Below, in pieces: positions 19,814 through 29,838 of a DNA stretch of 64,000 bases (positions within the stretch are counted from its first letter, which is position 1; the number at the start of each line of letters is the position of its first letter). The notes beneath the pieces were generated by a model. The model did no database searches and was not told where the DNA came from. It worked only from the letters and a program-made list of their open reading frames with translations. Source of the DNA: an uncultured virus (IMG/VR IMGVR_UViG_3300023687_000086) (Duplodnaviria; Heunggongvirae; Uroviricota; Caudoviricetes); the IMG/VR virus record IMGVR_UViG_3300023687_000086. One strand, given 5' to 3'. A program made the position numbers and the translations under genes.

Positions 19814-22108
19814 TTATGGATTTGTACAATGGCCTTCGCCATCAAAATAGTATCTTTTTCCATTCAAATCATTATATGTGTTCGCCAACATGGAGCCGAC
19901 TGGATAATTAGCTCCCCAAGCGGCACTTTCAGATTCTGTTGTAAGGTAATACCAGTAGTTACCAACTTTTTGCCATCCGGTAATCATAGCACCATAAGCA
20001 TGATCATTTGCTGCCGCCGTATCGCTACCATTTTCATCAAAGTAATACCACTTCGTACCAATTTGCTTCCACCCTGACACAGCATACCCATTCGATTCAA
20101 TATAATAGTACTTCGAATTCCATCTGGCCGTCGATAAATTGTTACCATCAGAATTTGGCGTTATCCATCCGTAACGAAGATTCCCGTCACTACCATAGAT
20201 TTTCCATAAGCTTGTTCCGTCTTGTACCCATCCTGGGTTGTGTTTCCAATTGGCTATAAAACCTACATTTCCAGACCAACCACTAGTTATTGTTACGCTT
20301 GTGGACGGCGTAGAACCATTCGTACCTGTCCATCCTGTGAACGTATACCCAGCTCTTGTTGGAACCGGTAATGTGTATGGTACTGTTTCAATGTTGTACG
20401 AATATCTCTCATTAGAAATCGTACCACCATTCGTATTGTAAGAAATCGAATAATTAATTGGCGACCAATTTGCTACGAAAGTCTTATTCCCGGTAGATCC
20501 GTTTGAAACATACACACTCTGTTGAGCAACCGAACCATTAGAACCGGTCCATCCCACAAAAGAATAACCACTTCTTGTCGGAGTTGGCAGATAGAATGCA
20601 TCGAGCTTGTTGTACGTTGTCTTCTGGCCGGAAATGGAACCACCATTCGTATTATAAAAAATGTTGTACGTGGTATAACCGTTGTATTCTATCGCATGGC
20701 ACACAGAACACTCACGACCCCAATTTCCTCCAATATCCTTCCAGACTCCATACTTATGTCCAGTCGCATTAACTGTTACTGTTCTTCGTAACAATTCTTT
20801 ATGATCTCTCTTACAATAAACAACTTCATCATAAGAACCATTTGTTGTGCATGTGGCAGAAATTATCCTTTCCGTAACTGCGGCAAGAGCTTCATGTCCA
20901 AGTGCATCTACTTCTTTATGAACACGGCTAAGTTCTTCATGACAGTCTACACAATAGGTGACCTCATCGTAAGATCCATTCGTTTCGCACGTTGGATCAA
21001 TTACATTCTCTTTTACCGTTTCACCAGTTTGATGCACGTGTCTGGATAACACCTTAACAGGTAATCTCTTTGAATAGTTACCATAAGTAGCAATCAAATC
21101 AAATGTCTCTCCTTCTGGCATATCTTTTGAAATCGTAACGGTACAATAATTACCGCTTCGAAGTAAGCCAAGCCCAGACATTCTTGTTGCAGACCAAATA
21201 ACTGTATCGTCCACTTCCGGTTCAATAATCGCCCGGATCTTCATGCTGTCACCAGGATATAATTGAATCTCATCGATTACATTCATCGTGTTATCGAATT
21301 CGATCTTCATAACCGTGACATTAAATTCGATCGTTTTTGATTTTGGCGCCGCATTTGCTGTTATCACAAATGGATTCCATGCTGTACGGTTTGTTACCGG
21401 CGGCATTGTTCCTGATATCGTCGCACTATCACCAGCTTCAGCCGTAGCCGATACGACAACAGCGCCATTATCCGCTACATACGCGACAGATTCATCGGAC
21501 GACTTCCAATTGATTTGTGATGTTACATCTTCTCCATCAAGCGTTACGGAAATAGGTTGCATCGAGCCGGCACTTAACATCATGTTTGTGTCTACGTTTA
21601 ACTGTAAATCTTCCGATTTGTCTACTAATCGGAACCTATATTTTGCGGTACCAGTGTATTCACCCTTATTCACACCTGTAAAATCATGACGAATAAGACA
21701 AGACATCGATTGCCAATCCTCAGATAATGGCATTTCTCCTTCCTGCTCGCCGAATACGTACTTATGATTCTTTTCACCGGCGGATGCTTGTCCAATATAA
21801 TGCTCTAAAACAAGCTGTTCGCCAGATTCGCTTACTACATCCACATCATGCGTTTCGAGTTCGAGGGACTTGCCAGGCGTCTCTCCACAAACTGATATTT
21901 CATAGTCCTCTTTGTATTGTACGTTTTCTCCATCGTATTCAAGATTTAATGCAGCTGGTAATCGAACCTTGTACCAGTATTTGTTTTCTAGTGTCATTGG
22001 GACGGAACCGCCAGTTGGGTTTATAGAGTTTGCTGCGAAAGCGGTAAGTCCTTGTGATAACACTAAAAACAATGTAATAATTGTTGATATTGCCTTTCGT
22101 TTATTCAT
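19814..22108 (-). CDS. Secreted adhesin-like protein (subunit-like N-domain, Ig-like Big_2, Cys repeats, InlB B repeats, cell-wall-binding repeats)
   Basis: Signal peptide; WKSSDESVA; PTCETNGSYDEV-type repeat x2; LPTPTRSGYSFVGW-type repeat x2; GWKQIGTKWYYF. Confidence 0.8.
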   Translation of the reverse strand: MNKRKAISTIITLFLVLSQGLTAFAANSINPTGGSVPMTLENKYWYKVRLPAALNLEYDGENVQYKEDYEISVCGETPGKSLELETHDVDVVSESGEQLVLEHYIGQASAGEKNHKYVFGEQEGEMPLSEDWQSMSCLIRHDFTGVNKGEYTGTAKYRFRLVDKSEDLQLNVDTNMMLSAGSMQPISVTLDGEDVTSQINWKSSDESVAYVADNGAVVVSATAEAGDSATISGTMPPVTNRTAWNPFVITANAAPKSKTIEFNVTVMKIEFDNTMNVIDEIQLYPGDSMKIRAIIEPEVDDTVIWSATRMSGLGLLRSGNYCTVTISKDMPEGETFDLIATYGNYSKRLPVKVLSRHVHQTGETVKENVIDPTCETNGSYDEVTYCVDCHEELSRVHKEVDALGHEALAAVTERIISATCTTNGSYDEVVYCKRDHKELLRRTVTVNATGHKYGVWKDIGGNWGRECSVCHAIEYNGYTTYNIFYNTNGGSISGQKTTYNKLDAFYLPTPTRSGYSFVGWTGSNGSVAQQSVYVSNGSTGNKTFVANWSPINYSISYNTNGGTISNERYSYNIETVPYTLPVPTRAGYTFTGWTGTNGSTPSTSVTITSGWSGNVGFIANWKHNPGWVQDGTSLWKIYGSDGNLRYGWITPNSDGNNLSTARWNSKYYYIESNGYAVSGWKQIGTKWYYFDENGSDTAAANDHAYGAMITGWQKVGNYWYYLTTESESAAWGANYPVGSMLANTYNDLNGKRYYFDGEGHCTNP

Positions 22109-22169
22109 AACACACCTTCTTTCCAATCAAATTTGGCCGTATCAGAATAAATATGTAAAAATATGCGGG

Positions 22170-22205
22170 CAAAAAAAAATACACCCAACCATGTTGAGTG
22201 TATTT
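22170..22205 (-). terminator. Intrinsic terminator of TA-like cassette 2
   Basis: Same stem as 128-163 with a different loop. Confidence 0.8.
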
Positions 22206-22216
22206 TGTATTACGTT

Positions 22217-22711
22217 TTACTCGTTCTGCGCCCATATCGCAATAGAAAATTTATCTGCAGAATAATATTTGAATGTGCAGTTGTATTCAGTTTTATCATA
22301 ATAGAATATTAGCGACTTCTCATTGATGCGCTTAATAAGTGTATCCGTCTTTGAAAACATTGTTTCACTCATTATTAAAGTACATCCAATTTGCGGTTGC
22401 TTACAAACAGCAATGTGTAAATTGTTTATTCTATATGTGGCGTTTTCATCGGATAACTCAAAAACTGGAATTTTATATATCTTACATTCTTCTTTACCTT
22501 TACCGAATCCAGAAATATATCCTGTTTCATTGACTAATATAGCTTCCGGATACGATTTTAATAGACTTTTCTCTGACAGACACCATACTGGAACAATCGC
22601 TCCACTATCATACATTGCAAGAATTTCAACGCCGTTTCTACTAAACGAATATGTGGGCCGGCTTTGACTGTTAATTAAGTTCAATCGTAAAGTTTGCACC
22701 AATTGGTCCAC
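22217..22711 (-). CDS. Retropepsin-like aspartyl protease-fold protein
   Basis: LAMYDSGA (D-S-G clan AA motif); ISGFGKG flap-like segment. Confidence 0.55.
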   Translation of the reverse strand: MDQLVQTLRLNLINSQSRPTYSFSRNGVEILAMYDSGAIVPVWCLSEKSLLKSYPEAILVNETGYISGFGKGKEECKIYKIPVFELSDENATYRINNLHIAVCKQPQIGCTLIMSETMFSKTDTLIKRINEKSLIFYYDKTEYNCTFKYYSADKFSIAIWAQNE

Positions 22712-22925
22712 CGATTACACCTTCTGTTGTTCTTCGGAATATGTAATTATCATCAAGGTGTTCATCTTGATAATCAATAATTTCTGAATCACTTTTTACA
22801 CAAACTACTTCTGCGGAATTAATATCAGGTCCGTTAAAAGATACGTTTTTTAAAACCACCCATTGATTCGGGTATCTTTTAGTGATTGTATCCCATGATT
22901 CTTGCATAGATACTCCTCCTAACAT
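22671..22925 (-). CDS. Small acidic protein (DUF5678-like)
   Basis: WDTITKRYPNQWVVL pattern; overlaps the protease-like gene. Confidence 0.5.
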   Translation of the reverse strand: MLGGVSMQESWDTITKRYPNQWVVLKNVSFNGPDINSAEVVCVKSDSEIIDYQDEHLDDNYIFRRTTEGVIGGPIGANFTIELN

Positions 22926-22945
22926 ACAGTTTCTCCTTTCTCTAA

Positions 22946-23028
22946 TATTCCAAGTTAGAGAAAGCCCTTGAAGGATTCTCTCTATTCTCTCAAAAGAGAA
23001 CCCTTCTTGGTAAGGATATTATAACACG
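22946..23028 (-). promoter_or_regulatory. SigA-type extended -10 promoter plus structured 5' leader, copy 2
   Basis: TGtTATAAT; 77/83 identical to 772-854. Confidence 0.7.
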
Positions 23029-23069
23029 CTTGCAACTATCGTGTCATTTAAAGCACTATGGCGATTCCA

Positions 23070-23948
23070 TTAACTCGCTTTTTCGTACTTCGATACGAAC
23101 TCTTCTTCGTTTCGGACCCCAGCCTTCTTGTACACCTCAGATAAAACCTCGTCTTCTGGAAGTCGGTTACCGATATACCACATACGCTTAAAGATATCAT
23201 AGTAAATCTTTGCATCCAGATTATTCTTAACATAGATACGATTCACTGTATATGATCTCTTAAAGTGACTAATATAGGTAATAAAGAATCCGTCCATAGT
23301 AAGCTCCGGTTCATCAGATGGCTCTGGAACCTTGTACATTGGCATCAATTTAAGCATTACCTTAAACGTAGCCTTTACATCTTCGATTGCCTCATGGAAA
23401 TGGGTATCATCCGCAACGCCAAAGAATTCAGCCATTGTTGCAAGCTTGTGATTAGCAACTTCCGTTGGCTTTCTATCCTTTCTTCGATTTGCTGGGATTT
23501 TCTCCTTAGCCATACGGCACACATCTAAATGTTCCGTGCACCAGAATGAGGAGCCAATTGTCTTCTTGTAGAACGCGTCTACGAGCGGCTCATCGAATGA
23601 AATAGAATTGTAGCCACACAGTACCGGGTTGTCGCCCCAGAAGTTATGAATAATATCATAAGCTTCCATCTGCGATACACCATCAGTATCTACTTTCTCC
23701 TGTGTGATTCCGGTAAGCTCTGTAATCTTCTCCGGCACTGGATATCCTGGATTGATGTAAAGATCCAATGTATCTACAATATTTAGTCCTGTGTTTGTCA
23801 CTGATACCTTGACGGCACTAAACTCAATAATATCAACAACCGGATCCTTGCCGGGGATACCCGTCGTCTCTAAATCGAATACGAAAAACTTGCCGGCCTT
23901 CTGAGCTGCCTTTTGGAATCTAATTACTTTTGGTCTGTATTGATCCAT
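23070..23948 (-). CDS. DEDDh 3'-5' exonuclease (DnaQ/PolC-exo-like)
   Basis: VFDLETTG, ITELTGIT, GYNSISFD, HEAIEDV. Confidence 0.9.
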   Translation of the reverse strand: MDQYRPKVIRFQKAAQKAGKFFVFDLETTGIPGKDPVVDIIEFSAVKVSVTNTGLNIVDTLDLYINPGYPVPEKITELTGITQEKVDTDGVSQMEAYDIIHNFWGDNPVLCGYNSISFDEPLVDAFYKKTIGSSFWCTEHLDVCRMAKEKIPANRRKDRKPTEVANHKLATMAEFFGVADDTHFHEAIEDVKATFKVMLKLMPMYKVPEPSDEPELTMDGFFITYISHFKRSYTVNRIYVKNNLDAKIYYDIFKRMWYIGNRLPEDEVLSEVYKKAGVRNEEEFVSKYEKAS

Positions 23949-24039
23949 AATTTATTCTCCTTTCTTATATCTTATAATTCAATACGTACTTAAATATGGA
24001 CTCTAGTTTAGGGAATAAAAAAAAGAGACCCGTGAAAAA

Positions 24040-24318
24040 TCACGAATCTCTCTTCATCGCCTTATTTATATATTGCTTATAATTGCTATTATCAAAATCT
24101 TCATACCAGAGTTCGAGTAACTTATGCCCATTCTCCTCTGCAAATGCCTTTTTATAAGCATCCTTTTTCCTTTGATACTCAAATCCTTCCGGAGAAACAT
24201 GGAACAATTCAATAAAACTTCGGTGCTGTTCGCCCTAGACTTCAATCAAGAGCTTTTTGTCAGGTATTTCAAAATCGTACGGCATCACGTAACCAGTATC
24301 AGGATTAATGCATTTTAA
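24040..24318 (-). pseudogene. Vsr/DUF559-like endonuclease remnant
   Basis: My translation: CINPDTGYVMPYDFEIPDKKLLIEV*GEQH...KDAYKKAFAEENG; in-frame TAG at 24235-24237; 5' end cut by the IS; 3' boundary approximate. Confidence 0.65.
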
Positions 24319-24355
24319 GGTATCTCGTTGCGTTTATACCTTATTCCACACCGCT

Positions 24356-24505
24356 TTAAGTAGTCCTCAACACATCTTTAATATATAGCTTTACATCTTC
24401 GGCTATTGAATCTTTTAGTATTTTCTTCCTGTATTTAGTAACAATAACGATATGTACCTTAAGACTGTACTTTCTACGGTTCTTGTGATTATAACGATTA
24501 TCCAT
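24356..24505 (-). pseudogene. tnpA: Truncated IS200 Y1 transposase
   Basis: YSLKVHIVIVTKYRKKIL N-terminus only; HUH motif and catalytic Tyr missing. Confidence 0.8.
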
Positions 24506-24593
24506 ATTACACACACATCCATTCAAATTGAATTTCACTAGAATTTAGTGTATAATATAATTAGTGAAAGCTATTTCACAAGAGGTATATAGT

Positions 24594-25733
24594 ATGGAAC
24601 AATTAACAATAACAGCAAAAGTTCAAATTATTGTTACTGATGCAGACAAAACTCTCTTAGAAGAAACGATGTCTGCTTATTGTGCTGCTTGTAATTATGT
24701 TTCAGACTATGTATTTAAGACACATAATCTATCACAAGTACAGCTTAACAAAGCTTTGTATTATGACCTTAGAGAGAAATATTCTCTAAAAGCTCAGATG
24801 GCTCAGTCGGTTCTAAAGACTGTAATCGCCAGATACAAAACTATTCTTGAAACAGAAAGCAAATGGATTAAGCCTTCTTTCAAAAAGCCACAATACGACC
24901 TTGTATGGAACAGGGATTATTCGCTTACAGGTGAATACTTTTCGGTAAACACCTTAAGTGGAAGAATTAAGTTGACGTACCACTCTGAAGGTATGGAAAA
25001 ATATTTTGACCATACAATCTACAAATTTGGCACGGCAAAACTTGTAAACAAACACGGAAAGTATTATTTGCATATCCCAGTTACATACGACGTTGAAGAA
25101 TTTGATTCTTCTAAAGCCACCAATGTTGTTGGCATTGATAGAGGTATCAATTTTGTGGTGGCTACATATGATAGCAAACATAAATCTTGTTTTGTAAACG
25201 GCAGAGCTATCAAGCAAAAGCGATCTAATTATTCAAAGCTTCGTAAAGAACTCCAAATGAGAAGAACACCATCGTCAAGACGAAGAATTAAAGCTATTGG
25301 TCAAAGAGAAAACCGTTGGATGCAAGATGTAAACCATTGCATATCTAAGGCACTCGTTGACAATAATCCAAAGCATACATTATTCGTATTGGAAGATTTA
25401 TCAGGTGTTCGTAATGCTACGGAACGTGCTAGGACTAAAGACCGCTATGTATCTGTTTCTTGGTCATTTTACGACCTTGAACAGAAATTAATTTACAAAG
25501 CAAGACAGAATCAATCAACTGTAATCAAAGTAAACCCTCGTTATACATCTCAATGTTGCCCTATGTGTGGACATATTGAGAGAAGTAATAGAGACAAGAG
25601 ATTGCATCTGTTTTGTTGCAAAAATTGCGGTTACAAGTCTAACGATGACCGTATTGGAGCTATGAATCTGCACCGTATGGGAATAAACTATCTTGAAGAT
25701 AGTCAAGTACCTAATGCAGTTACAACTGAGTAA
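24594..25733 (+). CDS. tnpB: TnpB RNA-guided endonuclease
   Basis: VGIDRG, FVLEDL, YTSQCCPMCG...CKNCG, NDDRIGAMNL. Confidence 0.93.
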   Translation: MEQLTITAKVQIIVTDADKTLLEETMSAYCAACNYVSDYVFKTHNLSQVQLNKALYYDLREKYSLKAQMAQSVLKTVIARYKTILETESKWIKPSFKKPQYDLVWNRDYSLTGEYFSVNTLSGRIKLTYHSEGMEKYFDHTIYKFGTAKLVNKHGKYYLHIPVTYDVEEFDSSKATNVVGIDRGINFVVATYDSKHKSCFVNGRAIKQKRSNYSKLRKELQMRRTPSSRRRIKAIGQRENRWMQDVNHCISKALVDNNPKHTLFVLEDLSGVRNATERARTKDRYVSVSWSFYDLEQKLIYKARQNQSTVIKVNPRYTSQCCPMCGHIERSNRDKRLHLFCCKNCGYKSNDDRIGAMNLHRMGINYLEDSQVPNAVTTE

Positions 25734-25968
25734 ACTCTGTTGTAAAGGGTGCTGTCAGCCACCCCATGATGTAACGCCACTTTTAGCAGCAATGCTAAAC
25801 GACTAAATGTGGAAGGAGTAATCCGCTACACCACAGGGCAGTTACAAGCCCATTTCCTTTAGGTGATGGGTAGTTGACGAACTCATAGATATAAAAATTA
25901 CGAATTTAATATGTGATTTACCAAAGGTTCAAAAAAAAAGACGCCACAAAAAAGTGACGTCTTATCCA

Positions 25969-26304
25969 TTATTTCTTTCTCCGCTCCCTAAATGTAATCC
26001 CGATACCGGCAGCAATCGGCAAAAATACTAATAGAACATCTAAGAGCGAATTATATGCAAAGTAAATATGCACGCTCAACAATAAATTCAACAACAACAG
26101 TGCACAAGATGCGTACATCGCAATGTGCGCAAAATCACAATCTGGTTTCAAAAACACTCCAATGAACGATGCTAACAACAAAACAAAAGCAATAGCTGTC
26201 GTATTTATGCTGCCAATTCTATAGAATCCGAACGAAGATACCCGAACCATTCGAAATACCATAATAAGTCCGAGTAAAATCAATATGCGGCCATAATTTC
26301 TCAT
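25969..26304 (-). CDS. Small multi-pass membrane protein
   Basis: Four hydrophobic segments; RBS AGGAGG. Confidence 0.7.
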   Translation of the reverse strand: MRNYGRILILLGLIMVFRMVRVSSFGFYRIGSINTTAIAFVLLLASFIGVFLKPDCDFAHIAMYASCALLLLNLLLSVHIYFAYNSLLDVLLVFLPIAAGIGITFRERRKK

Positions 26305-26319
26305 CTTTTATAACCTCCT

Positions 26320-27513
26320 TTACAAGTCCTTAAGAGTGAGTCGATACTTATCACTTGCATCCACGAGCCCATTTGCAAGGTTGTATGCATGATTATCAAT
26401 CAATCGGTCCACTTCATTACGAACCTCTCTAGCGTTACCAAAATTCGACTGTGAACGTCTGGCTCCGATAGTCGCTGCAACCTCATCTGTAAGCTCGTAT
26501 GACGGTACCAAATTGTTCGCCTGGACCATCCGATTGAAAATTAAGCCCAGCTCATAATCGCTATAGTCCTCAAAATTGAACCAATACTTGATACGAGACT
26601 TGATACCGCTATTGGAATCCAAGAATTCCTGCATCTCCTTCTTATATCCAGAGTAGATGAACACGATACTGTCCGCATTATCCTCCATCTGCTTTACTAG
26701 CGATGCAATTACTTCCTGTGTTCTAGAAGAACAAAGTGCATAGGCTTCATCAATATAGATACAACTTCCTCTTGCGGCCCTACATAACAGAGTCACTTTC
26801 TTAGACGCTTCACCAATGGTTAATCCGTTAAAGAAGTTACCATCAATCTCGAAATAGTACGGCTTTTCTATAAAGTGGTACTGATACAAGTATGATGCAA
26901 CAATTCTTGCTACCGTTGTTTTACCGGTACCAGGATTGCCAGTAAAAATGCAATGCATATTTGACGCGGTCCGCACTTTTGTAACCTTCTTTTTAGATTT
27001 AACCTGCATTCGCTCCAATTCGTACTTCATTCTGGCTTCCATTTTCTTAACTTCGGTTTTCACGGATGATAATCCGATAAGATTATTCAGTTCAGTCTCT
27101 GGATCCTTGTATACGTCCCTCTTAATGGACTTAACGGTGGTAGCCGATAAGATACGTTCATTATCCATCGTCGTCTGCAGGTCGATTTCTTTTCGCTCCT
27201 TAGTTGATAACTGAGAAAACTTACCGTGCTTTTTGGATACACCATCTTCGTCGTACTCCACTTCGTCTCTAAGTTTCTGCCGCCATTTCGTAAGAACCGG
27301 ATAGCACACGATTCCAACAACAATAACAGCAACCTCTATGATTTTGACCAATGTTCGCGACGGATCGTAGGTCGCATTAAATGTTTGCGCCGCCATATGG
27401 CCTTGTACCGCACTAATCAAAAGACGTGCAGCACATCCGATGACAGCAATTAAATCCAGGACGGATAATCCAATAGCCAGTCCATATAATAATGTCTTAT
27501 TTTCTTGTCTCAT
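26320..27513 (-). CDS. Membrane-anchored SpoVK/CbbX-family AAA+ ATPase
   Basis: Two N-terminal TM helices; LIGLSSVK, FTGNPGTGKTTVAR, YIDEAY, NFGNAREVRN. Confidence 0.88.
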   Translation of the reverse strand: MRQENKTLLYGLAIGLSVLDLIAVIGCAARLLISAVQGHMAAQTFNATYDPSRTLVKIIEVAVIVVGIVCYPVLTKWRQKLRDEVEYDEDGVSKKHGKFSQLSTKERKEIDLQTTMDNERILSATTVKSIKRDVYKDPETELNNLIGLSSVKTEVKKMEARMKYELERMQVKSKKKVTKVRTASNMHCIFTGNPGTGKTTVARIVASYLYQYHFIEKPYYFEIDGNFFNGLTIGEASKKVTLLCRAARGSCIYIDEAYALCSSRTQEVIASLVKQMEDNADSIVFIYSGYKKEMQEFLDSNSGIKSRIKYWFNFEDYSDYELGLIFNRMVQANNLVPSYELTDEVAATIGARRSQSNFGNAREVRNEVDRLIDNHAYNLANGLVDASDKYRLTLKDL

Positions 27514-27524
27514 AAACTTCCTTT

Positions 27525-28388
27525 CTACCAATCACTGTCCCAATCCGTACTTCCCGAATCCCATGAATCAGAGGAATCCCAACTGTAAGAATCGGAGCTG
27601 CTGGAACTATCATTTTCACATCTTTCCTGATAATCCGAATAGAATGTAGTATCATACCAATCTGTTGTACAGTAATAATTATTCCACTCAGAAGATACGT
27701 AATAGTCTTTTACCGTATCACTGTTTTGCAATTCTGCAGGCAAGCTGTATTGCGAAATCGAACTCCATGTATCCGTGTTATCGTCATAGGAATACCATGC
27801 GCCATTGGAATCCTCAAAATAAGTATCATTATCATAAGAGTAATACCCCATTTTCGGAGCACCAATGATTTGAATCCCAATTGCAAAAATTAGGAATCCA
27901 ATAAAAACACTCATTATAAATGCGTAAAAGGTAAATGGTGTAGTTTTATGAGCACCAATATAATATTTGTATGATTGCTTTGCACACGCCCCTGCATAAA
28001 GTCCTGTTTTGGCCGTATTCTTTTGATTGTTCTTCTGGTTTACAATCTCATCCTTTAATCTCTGCCACAGTTCATGCACAGCATATTGTTCATCTTCGCC
28101 TTCGTATCGAATCGCACGACTACCGTCCGCCTTATTCTTATATACAACGAACTTATTACCGTCTTTATAGATACCAAACGCTTTTGGTCCTTTATAATTG
28201 ATTCCAATAAAGAACCTAGTCGTCTCGTATGGCGGCAAATTATGATCACTGTACCACTTTTTTAACTCTTCAATTGTTCTCGGACGAACATCTCCATCAT
28301 TATGGGATGGATTCCTCGCTCCGCAATGAGGACAATTATACAGAGTGTCCTCATATGTGTTATCACAATAATCACACTGTATCTTCAC
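27525..28388 (-). CDS. Zinc-ribbon membrane protein with Ser/Asp/Trp-rich tail
   Basis: CDYC...CPHCGA; one TM helix; SWDSSDSWDS tail. Confidence 0.7.
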   Translation of the reverse strand: MKIQCDYCDNTYEDTLYNCPHCGARNPSHNDGDVRPRTIEELKKWYSDHNLPPYETTRFFIGINYKGPKAFGIYKDGNKFVVYKNKADGSRAIRYEGEDEQYAVHELWQRLKDEIVNQKNNQKNTAKTGLYAGACAKQSYKYYIGAHKTTPFTFYAFIMSVFIGFLIFAIGIQIIGAPKMGYYSYDNDTYFEDSNGAWYSYDDNTDTWSSISQYSLPAELQNSDTVKDYYVSSEWNNYYCTTDWYDTTFYSDYQERCENDSSSSSDSYSWDSSDSWDSGSTDWDSDW

Positions 28389-28401
28389 AATTACTCTCCA
28401 T

Positions 28402-28992
28402 TTACACTTTCATCTTCATTGAGGCAGGGTATATGATACCTTTAATTACGCCGTTTTTATCTCCAGTGTCCGTACATACGATAATTCGATCTTGTGGCAT
28501 TCCAGATATGTGATACTCTGGTCGTGCGTACGTAACAACAGCTTTAGATAGCTTTGTGTCACACACCTTTTCTTTTTTCGATACCTGCGTGACTTCGACA
28601 AGCTTCATCAGTGATACCATCCGGAATCCGTCCTTGGTCTGTACCAGTATCAATTTCGGATATCCCATTGCCTTTGCTTTTTCGATTGCTGAAATGCAGG
28701 TATCGGTTTCTAAAATCGTCATTTTTTGTGCCGATTTCATGATTCCCTTTACCGTATCGCCGGAAAGATACACGATCATATCTTCCATGAAACTTACCAT
28801 CTCATCCGTCACGTCTATAAACCCAACATCATTCTGGTGGCTTAAGTAGTTACGAAACATTCGGCACATACGAAGTCGATTTGACGTTGTATCATCGGCC
28901 TCGTTCTCATAATCCTTCGGATCAATTCCTTTGTTTCTAAGAATTGTTTCATATTCTCTGTAAAGGTTTAAAAAATCATTTCTATTTTTCAT
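28402..28992 (-). CDS. Putative HEPN domain plus degenerate CBS-like domain
   Basis: FLNLYREYE...RMFRNYLSH (R-x4-H); TVKGIM...GVIKGII. Confidence 0.5.
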   Translation of the reverse strand: MKNRNDFLNLYREYETILRNKGIDPKDYENEADDTTSNRLRMCRMFRNYLSHQNDVGFIDVTDEMVSFMEDMIVYLSGDTVKGIMKSAQKMTILETDTCISAIEKAKAMGYPKLILVQTKDGFRMVSLMKLVEVTQVSKKEKVCDTKLSKAVVTYARPEYHISGMPQDRIIVCTDTGDKNGVIKGIIYPASMKMKV

Positions 28993-29773
28993 ATAACAGC
29001 TTCTCCTGGTACTTAATTTCTTTGTCCGTAACATATGATTTTCCATCGTCCGGCAAAACGTGCCTGTAATAATGGAAATAATCCTGGTAATACGAATTTT
29101 CCTTGGCATCTACAATTCGGACCCCATTACAAGCGTCGGAACAATCCAGATACTTATCATCACCAATATATATGGCAACGTGATTGAATTCTGATGTCGA
29201 TGTCTCGTTTTTGAGCAGCTCTTCTCCGGTTCGAATTACTCCGGACCCACCATTAAATCGAAAACACAAATCACCAACCTGCGGATTATTCACTTTTGTT
29301 CCGTCTAACGTCTGAAAGTACGTTCCCCTGCCGATTAAACATTCATCGGTTCTACTCTTATTCGTATCCGTTACCGTCGCGACCCAATATAGATACTGAA
29401 CGAACGAAGAACAATCCATCTTCATTCCGGACTTGTAATACAATCCCGGCCTCTCGAAGTCAGCATCCAATAGTTCGTTATCCCAGTTGAACAGGTTTTC
29501 GCCTAATTCATACGTAATATCTCCAGATTCTGCTAATAAAGTTCCGATTTTTACGATCTTTTCCTCGTTCGAATCGTCTGAGTGCTTTATTTTAAGAATC
29601 TCCTGGTTAATCTTTTGTTCTGATTCGGACATATCCGAATAATCATAGCTATACTTCACTACGGACGTCTTTTGGACCGTAGTCTCGGCCGTAGTTAACG
29701 CAGCATGACTCATTGTTCCCATTTGTCTACACATGCCGGCTGTTAATGTTAAGGCCGTTAAAATTCCTAACAT
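28982..29773 (-). CDS. NlpC/P60 cell-wall peptidase
   Basis: Signal peptide; MDCSSFV, PQVGDL, NHVAIYIGD. Confidence 0.85.
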   Translation of the reverse strand: MLGILTALTLTAGMCRQMGTMSHAALTTAETTVQKTSVVKYSYDYSDMSESEQKINQEILKIKHSDDSNEEKIVKIGTLLAESGDITYELGENLFNWDNELLDADFERPGLYYKSGMKMDCSSFVQYLYWVATVTDTNKSRTDECLIGRGTYFQTLDGTKVNNPQVGDLCFRFNGGSGVIRTGEELLKNETSTSEFNHVAIYIGDDKYLDCSDACNGVRIVDAKENSYYQDYFHYYRHVLPDDGKSYVTDKEIKYQEKLLYEK

Positions 29774-29838
29774 ATAAATCCTCCTAAAATAAGCGGCCGT
29801 ATAATAGGCCGCCTTATTCTTTGGGATTAAATATGATT

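Larger units (their letters stand above)
24319..25878 (+). mobile_element. IS605-type element (truncated tnpA plus tnpB)
   Basis: Right-end hairpin CCCATTTCCTTTAGGTGATGGG then TAGTTGAC; TTTAA at 24314-24318 before the inferred left end; left boundary less certain. Confidence 0.75.

Noticed and set aside
24235..24237. TAG-to-Gln recoding (genetic code 15)
   Set aside because: TAG ends other genes at intergenic boundaries (e.g. 2225 right before a terminator, and 870); this gene is also IS-interrupted, so decay is the simpler explanation
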